From positions 275,962,001 through 276,026,000 of the forward strand of contig NW_027362767.1 in the NCBI RefSeq assembly GCF_046119375.1: a DNA stretch of 64,000 nucleotides, read 5' to 3'. Below, piece after piece: positions 26,301-38,685 of this stretch (the first letter of the stretch is position 1; every line of letters starts with the position of its first letter). Source of the stretch: Phyllobates terribilis. Its lineage: Eukaryota. The translations under genes were made by a program, and so were the position numbers. The notes under the pieces are model-generated. The model was given only the letters and a program-made list of their open reading frames with translations. It did not search any database and was not told the DNA's origin.

Positions 26301-28364
26301 GACATCATGGTCTGTTCTGACGTTGGTTTTGGGAGAGAAAAAGATTTTTGCCTCCTCTACCTTTTGGGTAGCTCCATCGTCCTGTTTTGCCTTTACCCCA
26401 ATATTGAGGGGTCTGCTCTTGGGAGGGACGAAAAGGCCTCTTCCTCACATTCCTAGGTTCCGGGAGGGCCTTCTTCTCATCTGAGGCCTTCTCTAGAAGA
26501 TCATCTAGGGCTGGCCCAAACATGTATTTCCCCTTAAAGGGGATGGAACACAATTTCAATTTTGATGCCACGTCGCCGTTCCAGGATTTCAACCATACTT
26601 CTCACAGAGTTTGATAGGCCAGATGCTCTTGCCACCACTCTCACGGATTCTGCAGAGGCGTCTGCTAAAAACCCCGTAGCCTTCGGTAGAAGTGGTAGGG
26701 ATGCCAAGATGTCTTCTCTGGGGGTGCCTGAAAGTAGGTGTTCCTCCAGTTGACCTAGCCAACGAGCCATTGATCGAGCTACACCCGTAGAGACTGCGTT
26801 GGTGCTTAATAGTGTTGCAGAGGTCTCCCAGGATTTCCTGAGTAGTCCCTCCATTTTGCGTTCCAAGGGGTCTTTTAATTGAGAAGAATCTTCAAAGGGC
26901 AGTGTGGTTTTCTTTGCTACTCGTGCAATTTGGATATCCACTCTTGGAACTTCAGACCAGCATTCTGCTGTCTCATTGTCCACAGGAAATCTATCCCTTA
27001 ACTCTGTAGGGGTATTTAATCTCTTTTCTGGAGATTCCCACTCCTCTAAGACTAAGTCCCTAATACTCTGGTGTATAGGGAACACCAATTTTTTCCTGGA
27101 ACGTAGCCCCCCAAACATCTGATCCTGTACTGTTTGGGGCACTTTTTCTTCCTCGACCTCCATTAGTTCTCCTTACTGCCATGAGGAGTTCCTCCAAACT
27201 ATCTGATGGAAAGTAATATCTCTCTCGTTGGGAGTTATCAGGGGTTGGACTTAGTTCATCTTCCTCTGGAAGATCTTCCGAGATATACATCTCCTCTTGA
27301 GAGTCTTCCTCCCCTCCCTCTGGAGGGCTAATCTTCCTCTTTTTGGCTGCTGAGGGACATGTAGAACCCTGACTAGGTGAGGGCGTAGGGAGAGTGACCG
27401 AGGCTAAGGAGGATTTGATCTCCTGGCGTACAATCCCCTTTATCTCCTCCATTAAGGAAGGTTGTTCCTGCCTGATAATCTTCTCCGTACAGTCCTTGCA
27501 TAGGGGCTTTCTATGGGAGGACGATAGTTTTTTTGTACAGATGAGACATCTGCGTGACGGTTTAACTTTTTCTCCAGATGCAGGTTCCTTGTCCCCCTAC
27601 AAGACAGGGGAGAAGGGGAGGGGAGCTATAATCACTATTTCCTGCATCTGGGAGATGGACTACCAGTGCCATACTTACTGAGACCAGATCGGCGCTGGGC
27701 TCTACAGATGCAGAGCAAGAGATTTCACACACATGGTTTTGTCTTACCTGTAGAAGTCTTCCTGTCCAGGGCTCCTTTTATGGGCGACCGGACCAGCGCC
27801 TCCCTCTGTTTAGAGGGCTCCTCCCCCGGTGTCCAGGTGAAGATTTCTGATCACCGGCAGCATTCCGCTCTTCTTCCCCCATAGTTTTTTGATGCGGTTC
27901 ACAGTGGAACGCAACTGCCAGAAGTGATGTCATCATCCACCGCCCGGCGTCACTTCCGGCACCGCGGCGTGCGCTCCACATACGGGAGCCGGCATCGCCC
28001 GCGCATCCAGAGGGGAAGAGGAGGAGGAGATGGACCGGAGAGCTCAGAAAGGCCTCCAGTCAGAAGATCCTGCAGACCTTGCCCGAGAGCGCAGACTGCA
28101 GGAGGGGGTCCCGAATCCGGAGGAGACGGAAGCAGCGCCCTGAGGAGGAGAGGTAAAGACCGCTCGATCCTCCGCTGCCCGGCTAGTAGCTTTCCCCCAG
28201 TGCCTTTCGCCGGCCCAGCACACCGGGGATGACCTCTTCATCCCTGATAGGGACAGGAAATAACACTGGAGGGAGGGGCTATTTAAACCTCTTCGTATTT
28301 CCTGTCCCTATTAGGGTGGGGTTACATCATACTGTGTGCTGTCATGGGGGGTTATTAGAGAAAA
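23369..28364 (-). mobile_element. DIRS1-like tyrosine-recombinase retrotransposon, near full length (~5 kb), disrupted
   Basis: Inverted terminal repeats TTTCTCTAATAACCCCCCACGACAGCACACAG / CTGTGTGCTGTCATGGGGGGTTATTAGAGAAA. Gag-like ORFs at 26305-27452; RT at 25494-25958 (IDLQDAYYHIP, LPFGISSAPRIF, PDDLL); RNase H/methyltransferase at 24424-25206; tyrosine recombinase at 23678-24154 (TARRVCELQAL) with TFSKHYRLD near 23490. Confidence 0.95.
24424..25206 (-). pseudogene. DIRS RNase H + adenine-methyltransferase-like domain ORF
   Basis: DASEKGWGA, SDNITTV, ADFLSR (RNase H); VDLFA...DAF...YAFPP (MT-like). Confidence 0.85.
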
Positions 28365-29649
28365 AAAAAAAAACAATCTCTGATGATCCCCCGGAGCACC
28401 AACAACTGGAAAGAACACTGTAACGCAACAAACCTGCCAAGAGAGGGTAGCCCACCAAAACGGTCAGCCCGGAGAAGGAGGGAATTAATCAGAGAGGAGC
28501 AGAGAGATCAGAAGGTAACCCTGAAGAAGCTGCAGAGTTCCCAAGCAGAGCCTGGATTATCTGACCATACAACCACAATAAGCCATACACTCCATAGAGG
28601 TGGTCTTTATGGAAGAGTGGCCAGAAAAAAAGCCTTTATGTACAATTTGTGTGTGCAAGGCTCGTTTTGAGTTTGCCAAAAGAAATGTGGGAGACTCTCC
28701 AAATGTATGGAGGAAGGTGCTGTGTTCAGAGGAGACCAAAATTGAACTTTTTGGCCACCAAGGTAAATGCAATGTCTGGCACCAAACCAACACAATTTAT
28801 CATCCCAAGAAAACCCCAAAAAATACTCCACAGCATGATTCTGCCACCACCATTTTTCACTGTGGGGATGATTTTCGGGAGCAGGGACAGGGAAAATGGT
28901 CCAAGTTGAGAGGATGAGGGATGGTGCGAAATACAGAGATATTCTTGAGCAAAACTTGTTTCAGTCTCAGTGATTTGATACGGAGACGGGAAGTTCACCT
29001 TCCAACAAGACAATGACCCAAAGCATACTGCTAAAGCAACACTGGAGTGGTTTAAGGGGAAACGTGTAAATGTTTTCGAGTGGTCTAGTCAAAGCCCAGA
29101 CCTTAATCCAATTGAGAATCTGTAGTCAGACTTGAAGATTACTGTTCACCAGAGGAAACCATTGAAGGAGCTGGAGCAGTTTTGTTTTGAGGAATGGGCA
29201 AAAATCCCAGTGGCAAGATGTGGAAAGCTCAGACACGTATCCAAATCGACTTGCAGCTGTAATTGACACAAAAGGAGGCTCTACAAAGTAGTGACTTTAG
29301 GGGGAGGGGTGAATAGTTATGTACACTGAAGTTTTCAGTTATTTTGTCCTATTTGTTGTTTGCTTCACAATAAAAAGAAAACCAAATGTTCACAGTTGTA
29401 GACATGTTCTATAGATCAACTGAAGCAAACCCTCAAAAAAAACAATGCAATTCCAGGTTGTGCGGTAGCAAAACATGAAAAATGCCAAGGGAGAGGGGTG
29501 AATACTTTTGCAAGCCACTGTACTACAATGATAGCCCGCCCACACACCACGAGTATAAAAGCACTGCCCGCCACCCCTCCCTATACACCAGTATCCCCCA
29601 AGCTCGCTCATTCAAACAGCGCCTTCTTCCACCCCTCCTCCGCAGTCAC

Positions 29650-29757
29650 CTGTTTTCTGTTGTGCGGGTAAAGTCAGCAAAGGTTTCTGGTCTTTTCTCT
29701 GCGGCTTCTTCTTCTTCTTTTTCTTCTTGGGGTCGCTGGACTGTGATTCTTTGAAGT
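29650..29757 (-). CDS. SURF6: SURF6 coding exon 2 (poly-Lys, NLS-like)
   Basis: ttccag|...|gtgac; DFKESQSSDPKKKKKKKKPQRKDQKPLLTLPAQQKT; phase 1 at both ends fits the neighbouring exons. Confidence 0.85.
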
Positions 29758-30239
29758 CTGGAAATTAAAGGGAGACCATCAGCATGTAGTCTGGAGATCA
29801 GAGCTCATTCAGATGAGTATTTTCTGTTCATTTGCCTGACAAACTGCACATGGATCCATTATTGCTAATGTACATGGTTGATTTTCCACAAAGATCCATG
29901 GCCTGCATAAAAAAAAAATAAAAAAAATTGCAGCAAGCACTAATCCAAATCCAGTCAGATTTACAGACCAGACTAGTGCTTGAAAAATGGCGGTCAGCTC
30001 CTGCACTCATCTGGCCACGCGAATGAGCACACGGACATGAGAACTAGTCACGTGCACAATTTAGAGACGGGACTGGCAGGAAATTTACTATGGCCGTTTA
30101 AACCCAACTTATAAAAGGGAGACGGCAAAAATAAAAAATAGAGAAAGAAGCCATCTGGTAACAAAAAATGTATTTATTCAAAATCCATAAAAACAACTGG
30201 ATCTGTACAAAAAGGTTAAACTGACGCGACAAATGTCTT

Positions 30240-31330
30240 CAATGATTGTATGAAGAAAAGGGTGACGGGAGTCTCGTTTTAATCCTCAGGGAACCAATCA
30301 TGTGGATGCAAAAAATATTTAACCAAAAGGGACGGGTACAGATATAATTACAACAAACAGACAAACTAAGGTAAGGAAGAAACTAATACATGAAAAAAAA
30401 AAAAAAATCAGTCTTAAAATTCATACCGTAAGGAAGTTTCATATTAAGAATCAAAATCCAAAAAGCCTTATGTAGGGCAAGTTGTTTCTGCCAACTACCC
30501 CCCTCTTGGAACAAGTCACCTTTTCAATGCCGTAAAAACTCAAAATATGTGATGTCACCATTATGTACGGCTATAAAATGTTTTACCGCACCGGAGTAAG
30601 ATCTGTTTTTATTACTGATGTTTGAAAAAAAACAACCCAAAACCTATCTATGTATTCTTATACAAAGCCCTATTTCTGGACTTGTATTTGACTTTATCAA
30701 AAGCACAATTGATTAAATGTTTGAGGAAGGAAGAAATCCAGCTCTATGAACAGATTCTTCTTTATTCATACAAGGACAGTCCTCTGTATGAACCTTGTTT
30801 GCATAAAGAAGAATCTGTAGAGCAGGATATCCTTCTTCAATACTCACTTATCCAGGCCGTGTCCGAGCCCCGAATGGAATGGGTTAACATCAACAGTGAG
30901 CTGCAATCCATGTCATTGATTGAATGTTCGCCCTAACACCCGTTTTGAGGTCCGTTCTTCACCACTGAAACCTCTTTAAAAAACTCGCCGTCATCAGAAC
31001 AATTGTGTCTTGCACGAACAAGCTCATCATATGGAACAGACTTTAATGTGTGGTGCGGATGGCAGCTGGAGGATTGGAAAATAATGCCCCAGATATCTTT
31101 TCTATAAAAGGGACATGCTACCAGATCAGTGGAATTATGGTTCTTCATGTGATGGGATTATTTTATACTCCACTATTTCCCATCAGCTTGTGATCAAAAC
31201 ACGTCCTAAATTATTCACCGATAATATCAATTATACCAAAGGGTATACCGTATTCAATATATTCACAGATCATACAACTATAAAAACATACCTTTGTTAT
31301 TCCTTAAAAGTCTTACACACATATATTATA
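30240..31330 (-). mobile_element. Penelope-like retroelement fragment
   Basis: ORF 30933-31148 SSCHPHHTLKSVPYDELVRARHNCSDD; its 3' part is an inverted copy of 34850-35240. Confidence 0.75.
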
Positions 31331-31366
31331 TAAACACACACTATAATATATATATACATACACACA

Positions 31367-32933
31367 CACTGATCAAAAAAATAAAGGGAACACTTAAACA
31401 CAGTGTAACTCCAAATCAATCACACTTCTGTGAAATCTACCTGTCCAGTTATGAAACAACACTGATTGTGAATCAATTTCTCCTGCTGTTGTGCAAATGA
31501 AACAGACAACTGGTAGAAATGATAGGCAATTAGCAAGGTACCCCCTATAAAGGAGTGGTTCTGCAGGTGGTGACCACAGACCATTTCTCTGTTCTCATCC
31601 TTTTTGGCTGATGTTTTGGTCACTTTTTCATTTTGCCATTGCTCTCACCCCTAGAGGTACAGGAGAATGAGGCGGTGTCTACAGTACAACCCACAGAAGT
31701 TGCTCAGGTAGTGCAGTCCATCCAGGATGGCACATCAGTGCGAGCTGTGGCAAGAAGGGTAGCAGTGTCTGTCAGCACAGTGTCCAGAGCATGGAGCAGA
31801 TACCAGGAGATGTGGAGGGGGCCGTAGGAGGGCAACAACCCAGCAGCAGGACCGTTACCTCCGCCTTTGTGCAAGGAGGAACAGGAGGAGCACTGCCAGA
31901 GCCCTGCAAAATGACCTCCAGCAGGCCACAAATGTGCATGTGTCTGCACAAACGGTTAGAAACCGACTCCATGAGGGTGGTATGAGGGCCCGACGTCCAC
32001 AGATGGGGGTTGTGCTCACAGCCCAACACCGTGCCAGACGCTTGGCATTTGCCACAGAACACCAGGATTGGCAAAGTCGTCACTGGCGCCCTGTGCTCTT
32101 CACAGATGAAAGCAGGTTCACACTGAGCACATGTGACAGACGTGACAGAGTCTGGAGATGCCATGGAGAGCGATCTGCTGCCTGCAACATCTTTCAGCAT
32201 GACCGGTTTGGCAGTGGGTCAGTAATGGTGTGGGGTGGCATTTCTTTGGAGGGCCGCACAGCCCTCCATGTGCTCGCCAGAGGTAGCCTGACTGCCATTA
32301 GGTACCGAGATGAGATCCTCAGACCCCTTGTGAGACCATATGCTGGTGCAGTTGGCCCTGGGTTCCTCCTAATGCAGGACAATGCCAGACCTCATGTGGC
32401 TGGAGTGTGTCAGCAGTTCCTGCAAGATGAAGGCATTGAAGCTATGGACTGGCCCGCCCGTTCCCCAGACCTGAATCCAATTGAGCACATCTGTGACATC
32501 ACGTCTCGCTCCATCCACCAACGTCACTTTGTATCACAGACTGTCCAGGAGTTGGCGGATGCTTTAGTCCAGGTCTGGGAGGAGATCCCACAGGAGACCA
32601 TCCGCAACCTCATCAGGAGCATGGCCAGGCGTTGTAGGGAGGTCATACAGGCACGTGGAAGCCACACACAATACTGGGCCTCATTTTGACTTGTTTTAAG
32701 GACATTACATCAAAGTTGGATCAGCTTGTAGTGTGTTTTTCCACTTTAATTTTGGGGGTGACTCCAAATCCAGGCCTCCATTGATTAATAAATTTGATTT
32801 CCATTGATGATTTTTGTGTGATTTTGCTGTCAGCACATTCAACTTTGTACAGAACAAAGTATTCAATGAGAATATTTCATTCATTCAGATCTAGGATGTG
32901 TTATTTGAGCGTTACCTTTATTTCTTTTGAGCA

Positions 32934-32935
<2 letters not shown>
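31367..32935 (+). mobile_element. Tc1 element (DD34E), N-terminal frameshift
   Basis: TIR cactgatcaaaaaaataaagggaacac / gcgttacctttatttcttttgagcag; ORF 31934-32689 with [24 protein letters not shown]. Confidence 0.92.

Positions 32936-32998
<63 letters not shown>
32935..32998. repeat. (TA)n microsatellite between two Tc1 elements
   Basis: Directly visible. Confidence 0.95.
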
Positions 32999-32999
<1 letters not shown>

Positions 33000-34611
33000 C
33001 CTTGTGAAAGTATTTGGCCCCCTTGAACTTTTCTACCTTTAGCTACATTTCTGGCTTCAAACAAAGATATAAAATTCTAATTTTTTGGGGGAAGAATCAA
33101 CAACAAGTGGGACACAATCGTGAAGTGGAACGAAATTTATTGGATATTTTAAACTTTTTTTAACAGATTAAAAACTGAAAAGTGGGGCGTGCAATATTAT
33201 TCGGCCCCTTTACTTTCAGTGCAGAAGTTCAGTGAGGATCTCTGAATGATCCAATGTTGTCCTAAATGACTGGTAATGATACATAGAATCCACCTGTGTG
33301 TAATCAAATCTCCGTATAAATGCACCTGCTCTGTGATAGTCTCAGGGGTCTGTTTCAAGTGCAGAGAGCATCATGAAGACCAAGGAACACACCGGGCCGG
33401 TCCGAGATACTGTTGTGGCGAAGTTTAAAGACGGATTTGGATACAAAAAGATTTCCCAAGTTTTAAACATCTCAAGGAGCACTGTGCAAGCGATCATATT
33501 GAAATGGAAGGAGTATCAGACCACTGCAAATCTACCAAAACCCGGCCGTCCCTCTAAACTTTCATCTCGAACAAGGAGAAGACTGATCAGAGATGAAGCC
33601 AAAAGGCCCATGATCACTCTGGATGAACTGCAGAGATCTACAGCTGAGGTGGGAGAGTCTGTCCATAGGACAACAATCAGTCGTACACTGCACAAATCTG
33701 GCCTTTATGGAAGAGTGGCAAGAAGAAAGCCATTTCTCAAAGATAGCCATAAAAAATCTCGTTTGAAGTTTACCACAAGCCACCTGGGAGACACACCAAA
33801 CATGTGGAATAAGGTGCTCTGGTCAGATGAAACCAAAATCAAACTTTTTGGCCACAATGCAAAACGATATGTTTGGCGTAAAAGCAACACAGCTCATCAC
33901 CCTCAAAACACCATCCCCACTGTCAAACGTGGTGGCAGCATCATGGTTTGGGCCTGCTTTTCTTCAGCAGGGACAGGGAAGATGGTTAAAATTGATAGGA
34001 AGATGGACGGAGCCAAATACAGGAGCATTCTGGAAGAAAACCTGTTGGAGTCTGCAAAAGACCTGAGACTGGGACGGAGGTTTATCTTCCAAGACACTGA
34101 TCCCAAACATAAAGCAAAATCTACAATGGAATGGTTCAAAAATAAACGTATCCAGGTGTTAGAATGGCCAAGTCAAAGTCCAGACCTGAATCCAATCGAG
34201 AATCTGTGGAAAGAGCTGAAAACTGCTGTTCACAAACGCCCTCCATCCAACCTCAATGAGCTCGAGCTGTTTTGCAAGGAAGAATGGGCAAGAATTTCAG
34301 CCTCTCGATGTGCTAAACTGATAGAGACATACCCCAAGCGACTTGCAGCTGTAATCGCAGCAAAAGGTGGCGCTATAAAGTATTAACTCAAGGGGGCCGA
34401 ATAATATTGCATGCCCCACTTTTCAGTTTTTAATTTGTTAAAAAAGCTTAAAATATCCAATAAATTTCGTTCCACTTCACGATTGTGTCCCACTTGTTGT
34501 TGATTCTTCCCCAAAAAAATAGAATTTTATATCTTTATGTAAAGTTTGAAGACAGAAATGTGGCAAAAGGTAGAAAAGTTCGAGGGGGCCAAATACTTTC
34601 ACAATGCACAG
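32995..34611 (+). mobile_element. Tc1 element, IR/DR type (~215-bp TIRs), open 337-aa transposase ORF 33373-34386
   Basis: [26 protein letters not shown]; long TIRs with internal repeated ggccccctt motifs. Confidence 0.95.
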
Positions 34612-34689
34612 TATATATAGTAACTGATGAACAAACAAATGCAGGTAAAATACTCTATTATGGAATTCAGGGTATTGTCCAGCTTTGCT

Positions 34690-35240
34690 CCCAATAAAAA
34701 ACATTAGTTTTCCTCCCCCCCCCCCCATGGTGCGTTCTGCATGAGCAATCAATTCATCAACTGCAATTCACACCACGTGGTGTTTTGTACTGAATGCTCC
34801 ACTACCTTATTCAGTATATTGGTCGGTCTACTAGAAAATGGAAAGAAAAACTATCACAGAGCATCTTTCTAACATCAATAAAAATGGATCTTACTCCGGT
34901 GCGGCAAAACATTTTATACCCGTACATAATGGGGACATCGCATATTTGAGTTTTCATGGCATTGAAAAGGTGACTTGTCCCAAGAGAGGGGAGGGGGGTA
35001 GTTGGCAACAACTTCCCCTACAAGAGGCTTTTTAGATTTGGACTCTTAATATGAAATATCCTTACAGTATGAATTAGGAGAATGATTTTTTCATTTATTC
35101 TTTTCTTACTTTCTTTTGTTTGTCTGCTGTAATTATATCAGTATCCATCCGTTATTGGTTAAATATTTTTTGCATCCATGTGATTGGTTCCCTCAGGATT
35201 AAAATGAAACTCCCATCACCCTTTTCTTTATACAATCATT
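34690..35240 (+). mobile_element. Penelope-like fragment (GIY-YIG end and 3' region)
   Basis: CNSHHVVF...QYIGRSTR...TEHLSNI...KHF...GIEKV...RGEGG (ORF 34838-35035 and upstream). Confidence 0.75.
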
Positions 35241-35242
35241 AA

Positions 35243-36441
35243 CCCCTTCGCAACCCTGGGATTTTCCGTTTTTGCTCCCCTTGTTCCCAGAGCCATAGCG
35301 TTTTTATTTTTTGGTCAATATGGCCACGTGAGGGCTTATTTTTTGCAGGACAAGCTGTACTTTTGAACGACATCACTGGTTTTACCATATTGTGTACGGG
35401 AAAACGGAAAAAAAAATTCCAAGTACGGGGAAATTGCAAAAAAAGTGCAATACCACAGATGTTTGTTTCTATTTTTTTTTTTACCACGTTCACTGAATGC
35501 TAAAACTGACCTGCCATTATTATTCTCCAGGTCATTACGAGTTCGTAGAAATCAAACATGTATAGGTTCTTTTTTTAAGTGGTGAAAAAAAATTCCAAAG
35601 TTTGGTAAAAAAAAAATAGTGCCATTTTCCAAGACCCGTAGCGTTTCCATTTTTTGGGATCTGGGGCTGGGTGAGGGCTTATTTTTTGCGCGCCGAGCTG
35701 AAGTTTTTATTGATACCATTTTGGGGTAGATCCAATGTTTTGATCGCTCGTTATTGCACTGTTGCGGCGACCAAAAAACCATAATTCTGGCGTTTAGAAT
35801 TTTTTTCTCGTTAAGCAGTTTACCGATCGGATTCTTTTTTTATACTGATAGATCGGGCGATTCTGAACGCGGCGATAGCAAATATGTTTTTTTTTTTTAT
35901 TGTTTTATTTTGAATGGGGTGAAAAGGGGTGATTTAAACTTATGTTTTTTATATTTTTAATTTTTATTTTTTAAACGCTTCTTTCATGCGTCAAGTCTTC
36001 TTGGAAGACTAGACGCTGTGATCATCTGATCCCCTCTGCTACACACAGATGATGATCACATCGCCTGTGTGTTGCAAATTTGCTCACTTACTACGAGTGC
36101 AGACCAGTGGTCGGCGCTCATAGCAATCTTCTACAGACCCCAGGTTGTCATGCCAACCCATCTGTAACCCTCAATCATGTGACAGGGTCGCCGATGGGTG
36201 GGGCCAATGACGCGCTTCCCGAAAACGCGAGTTAAATGCCGCTGTCAGAGATTGACAGGTGCACTTAACTAGTTAACAGCCAAGGGTGGATTGCGATTCC
36301 ACCTGCGCCTGTTGCGGGCACATGTCAGCTGTATAGATCAGCTATTATGTGCCCGGAAAGGTGCAGTCTCAGCGCTGGAGCCCGCAGCAAACAGGGGGTT
36401 AGGACGTGTGTCGTACTATTACGGCACATGTCATAAAGGGG
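35243..36441. mobile_element. piggyBac-like non-autonomous element
   Basis: TTAA|CCCCTT ... AAGGGG|TTAA. Confidence 0.7.
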
Positions 36442-36747
36442 TTAAAGGCTTTTGTTGCACCAGAAATGTGTATTTTTTTACCTTTTTGTAGGGATCCGCC
36501 TTTTTTAATGGATTTTGAATAAGGAATTTGGATATGTTAACGGATGGATGTGCAGAACTTCTCTCTCTCCATTTTTATTTTTGCTGTGCTTCACCAGCAG
36601 ACTCCGCACTCACCTGTCTCCAGCTTCTCAGCCACTTATCTGACCAACAAGTGTGCAGAACTCTAGCCTTTTTTTTGTTTGCTAAAGGAGACAATCAATA
36701 AGCAGTCTCCATGATGGATGAGAAAGCAGCGTCATCCTTACCCTTAC

Positions 36748-36838
36748 CTGCTTTACGCTTCAGGTCTTTGCTTGGCTGTGCACAAACCTTCCTGCCCAAA
36801 CTCTGAAGATATGAGTCCTTCCTCACCAGAGAAGCCAT
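36748..36838 (-). CDS. SURF6: SURF6 first coding exon
   Basis: tttccag|GTGGCT ATG; MASLVRKDSYLQSLGRKVCAQPSKDLKRKA resembles the SURF6 N-terminus; donor CAG|gtaagg. Confidence 0.88.
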
Positions 36839-36939
36839 AGCCACCTGGAAACAGAGAAGCCATGCATTAGATGTAAGATAGGGAGAGGGAAAGAAAAGCA
36901 GGCAAGAGAGACCCAGAGGAGAGCGATCTGTGGGGCCAC

Positions 36940-38115
36940 AGAGCAGAGGAGAGAGGGCCGGGGGGGGGCCACAGAGGAGAGAGGGCCGGAGGGGGGGGGG
37001 GGAGCCACAGAGCAGAGGAGAGCGGGCCGGGGCACACGGGAGAGCGGGCCGGGGCACACGGGAGAGCGGGCCGGGGCACACGGGAGAGCGGGCCGGGGCA
37101 CACGGGAGAGCGGGCCGGGGCACACGGGAGAGCGGGCCGGGGCACACGGGAGAGCGGGCCGGGGCACACGGGAGAGCGGGCCGGGGCACACGGGAGAGCG
37201 GGCCGGGGCACACGGGAGAGCGGGCCGGGGCACACGGGAGAGCGGGCCGGGGCACACGGGAGAGCGGGCCGGGGCACACGGGGTAGAAGGGGGGGCACAC
37301 GGGGTAGAAGGGGGGGCACACGGGGTAGAAGGGGGGGCACACGGGGTAGAAGGGGGGGCACACGGGGTAGAAGGGGGGGCACACGGGGTAGAGAGGGGGG
37401 GGCACACGGGGTAGAGAGGGGGGGGCACACGGGGTAGAGAGGGGGGGGCACACGGGAGAGAGGGGGGGCCACACGGGAGAGAGGGGGGGCCACACGGTAG
37501 AGGGGGGGGCACACGGGGTAGAGGGGGGGGCACACGGGGTAGAAGGGGGGGGGCACACGGGGTAGAAGGGGGGGGGCACACGGGGTAGAAGGGGGGGGCA
37601 CACGGGAGAGAGGGGGGGGCACACGGGGTAGAAGGGGGGGGCACACGGGGTAGAAGGGGGGGGCACACGGGGTAGAAGGGGGGGGCACACGGGGTAGAAG
37701 GGGGGCACACGGGAGAGAGGGGGGGGCACACGGGAGAGAGGGGGGGGGCACACGGGAGAGAGGGGGGGGGCACACGGGAGAGAGGGGGGGGGCACACGGG
37801 AGAGAGGGGGGGGGCACACGGGAGAGAGGGGGGGGGCACACGGGAGAGAGGGGGGGGCACACGGGAGAGAGGGGGGGCACACGGGAGAGAGGGGGGGGCA
37901 CACGGGAGAGAGGGGGGGGCACACGGGAGAGAGGGGGGGGGCACACGGGAGAGAGGGGGGGGGGCACACGGGAGAGAGGGGGGGGGGCACACGGGAGAGA
38001 GGGGGGGGGCACACGGGAGAGAGGGGGGGGGGCACACGGGAGAGAGGGGGGGGGCACACGGGAGAGAGGGGGGGGGGCACACGGGGTAGAGGGGGGGGCA
38101 CACGGGGTAGAGGGG
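36940..38115. repeat. G-rich compound minisatellite (22-bp unit x ~12, then 21-25-bp unit x ~35)
   Basis: gggcacacgggagagcgggccg and gggcacacggg(gt/ag)agaaggggg units; these create spurious Pro-rich ORFs. Confidence 0.95.
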
Positions 38116-38119
38116 GCTG

Positions 38120-38530
38120 GACAGAGGCTAGGACAGTGGAGCGCAGGTCCTCACTCTCACTCCGTTCTGTATTATCCCCGTGGAGCGCACGCTGCCGCCA
38201 GCTTCATCACGTGGTGTCACTGTCTAGGACCGAACTATCCGAGCACAGAGACCATTTTCCTGCACCCACAACACAAAGTGCAGCCTCGTCGGTACTCTAT
38301 TATGAATGTCTATGGAGAATGGAGAGGGGAATGCTGGGAAATAGTATTTACGGCAAGGTGCTCTTGATGGCAGATGGTCATGTGACAGTGTAGAGTCACG
38401 TGATTTAGCTGCACGCGGTCGGTGTAGTAGTGGTTGGGTTGCGTCTAGCTTGGAGCTGCTGTGACGGCGTCTGATGTATACAGCGTCTGTGTTACCGGCG
38501 GTACAGCGGAAGGGCGGGAGGAGCCCGTGC
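38120..38530 (-). promoter_or_regulatory. SURF6: Probable SURF6 CpG-rich promoter / non-coding first exon
   Basis: CpG-rich unique DNA; ZNF143/Staf-like ACTATTTCCCAGCATTC (38329-45, -); CACGTG E-boxes at ~38207 and ~38397; candidate donors at 38159-60 and 38153-54. Confidence 0.55.
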
Positions 38531-38602
38531 TCAGATCAGGGCCAGATACACATAGGATTACACTGTGCAGAGTGATCAGGTGGTCTGTGTCTCTGGTGTA
38601 TG

Positions 38603-38607
<5 letters not shown>

Positions 38608-38683
<76 letters not shown>
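38608..38683. repeat. (CA)n microsatellite
   Basis: Directly visible. Confidence 0.95.

Positions 38684-38684
<1 letters not shown>

Positions 38685-38685
<1 letters not shown>

Larger units (their letters stand above)
22031..29520 (+). mobile_element. Tc1 element split by a MITE and a DIRS insertion (halves 22031-22511 and 28365-29520)
   Basis: TIR agtgacttgcgaaagtattcacccc / ggggtgaatacttttgcaagccactg|TA. Transposase start MKTKEISKQVRDKVVEK is at ~22450; the frame continues after 28365 (LYGRVARKK, gaggagaccaaaatt, gacaatgacccaaag); frameshifted. Confidence 0.85.

Noticed and set aside
36695-38103. Three long Pro-rich ORFs (468, 426 and 396 aa)
   Set aside because: Stop-free translation of a G/C minisatellite in all frames; only 36748-36838 is real coding sequence (SURF6)
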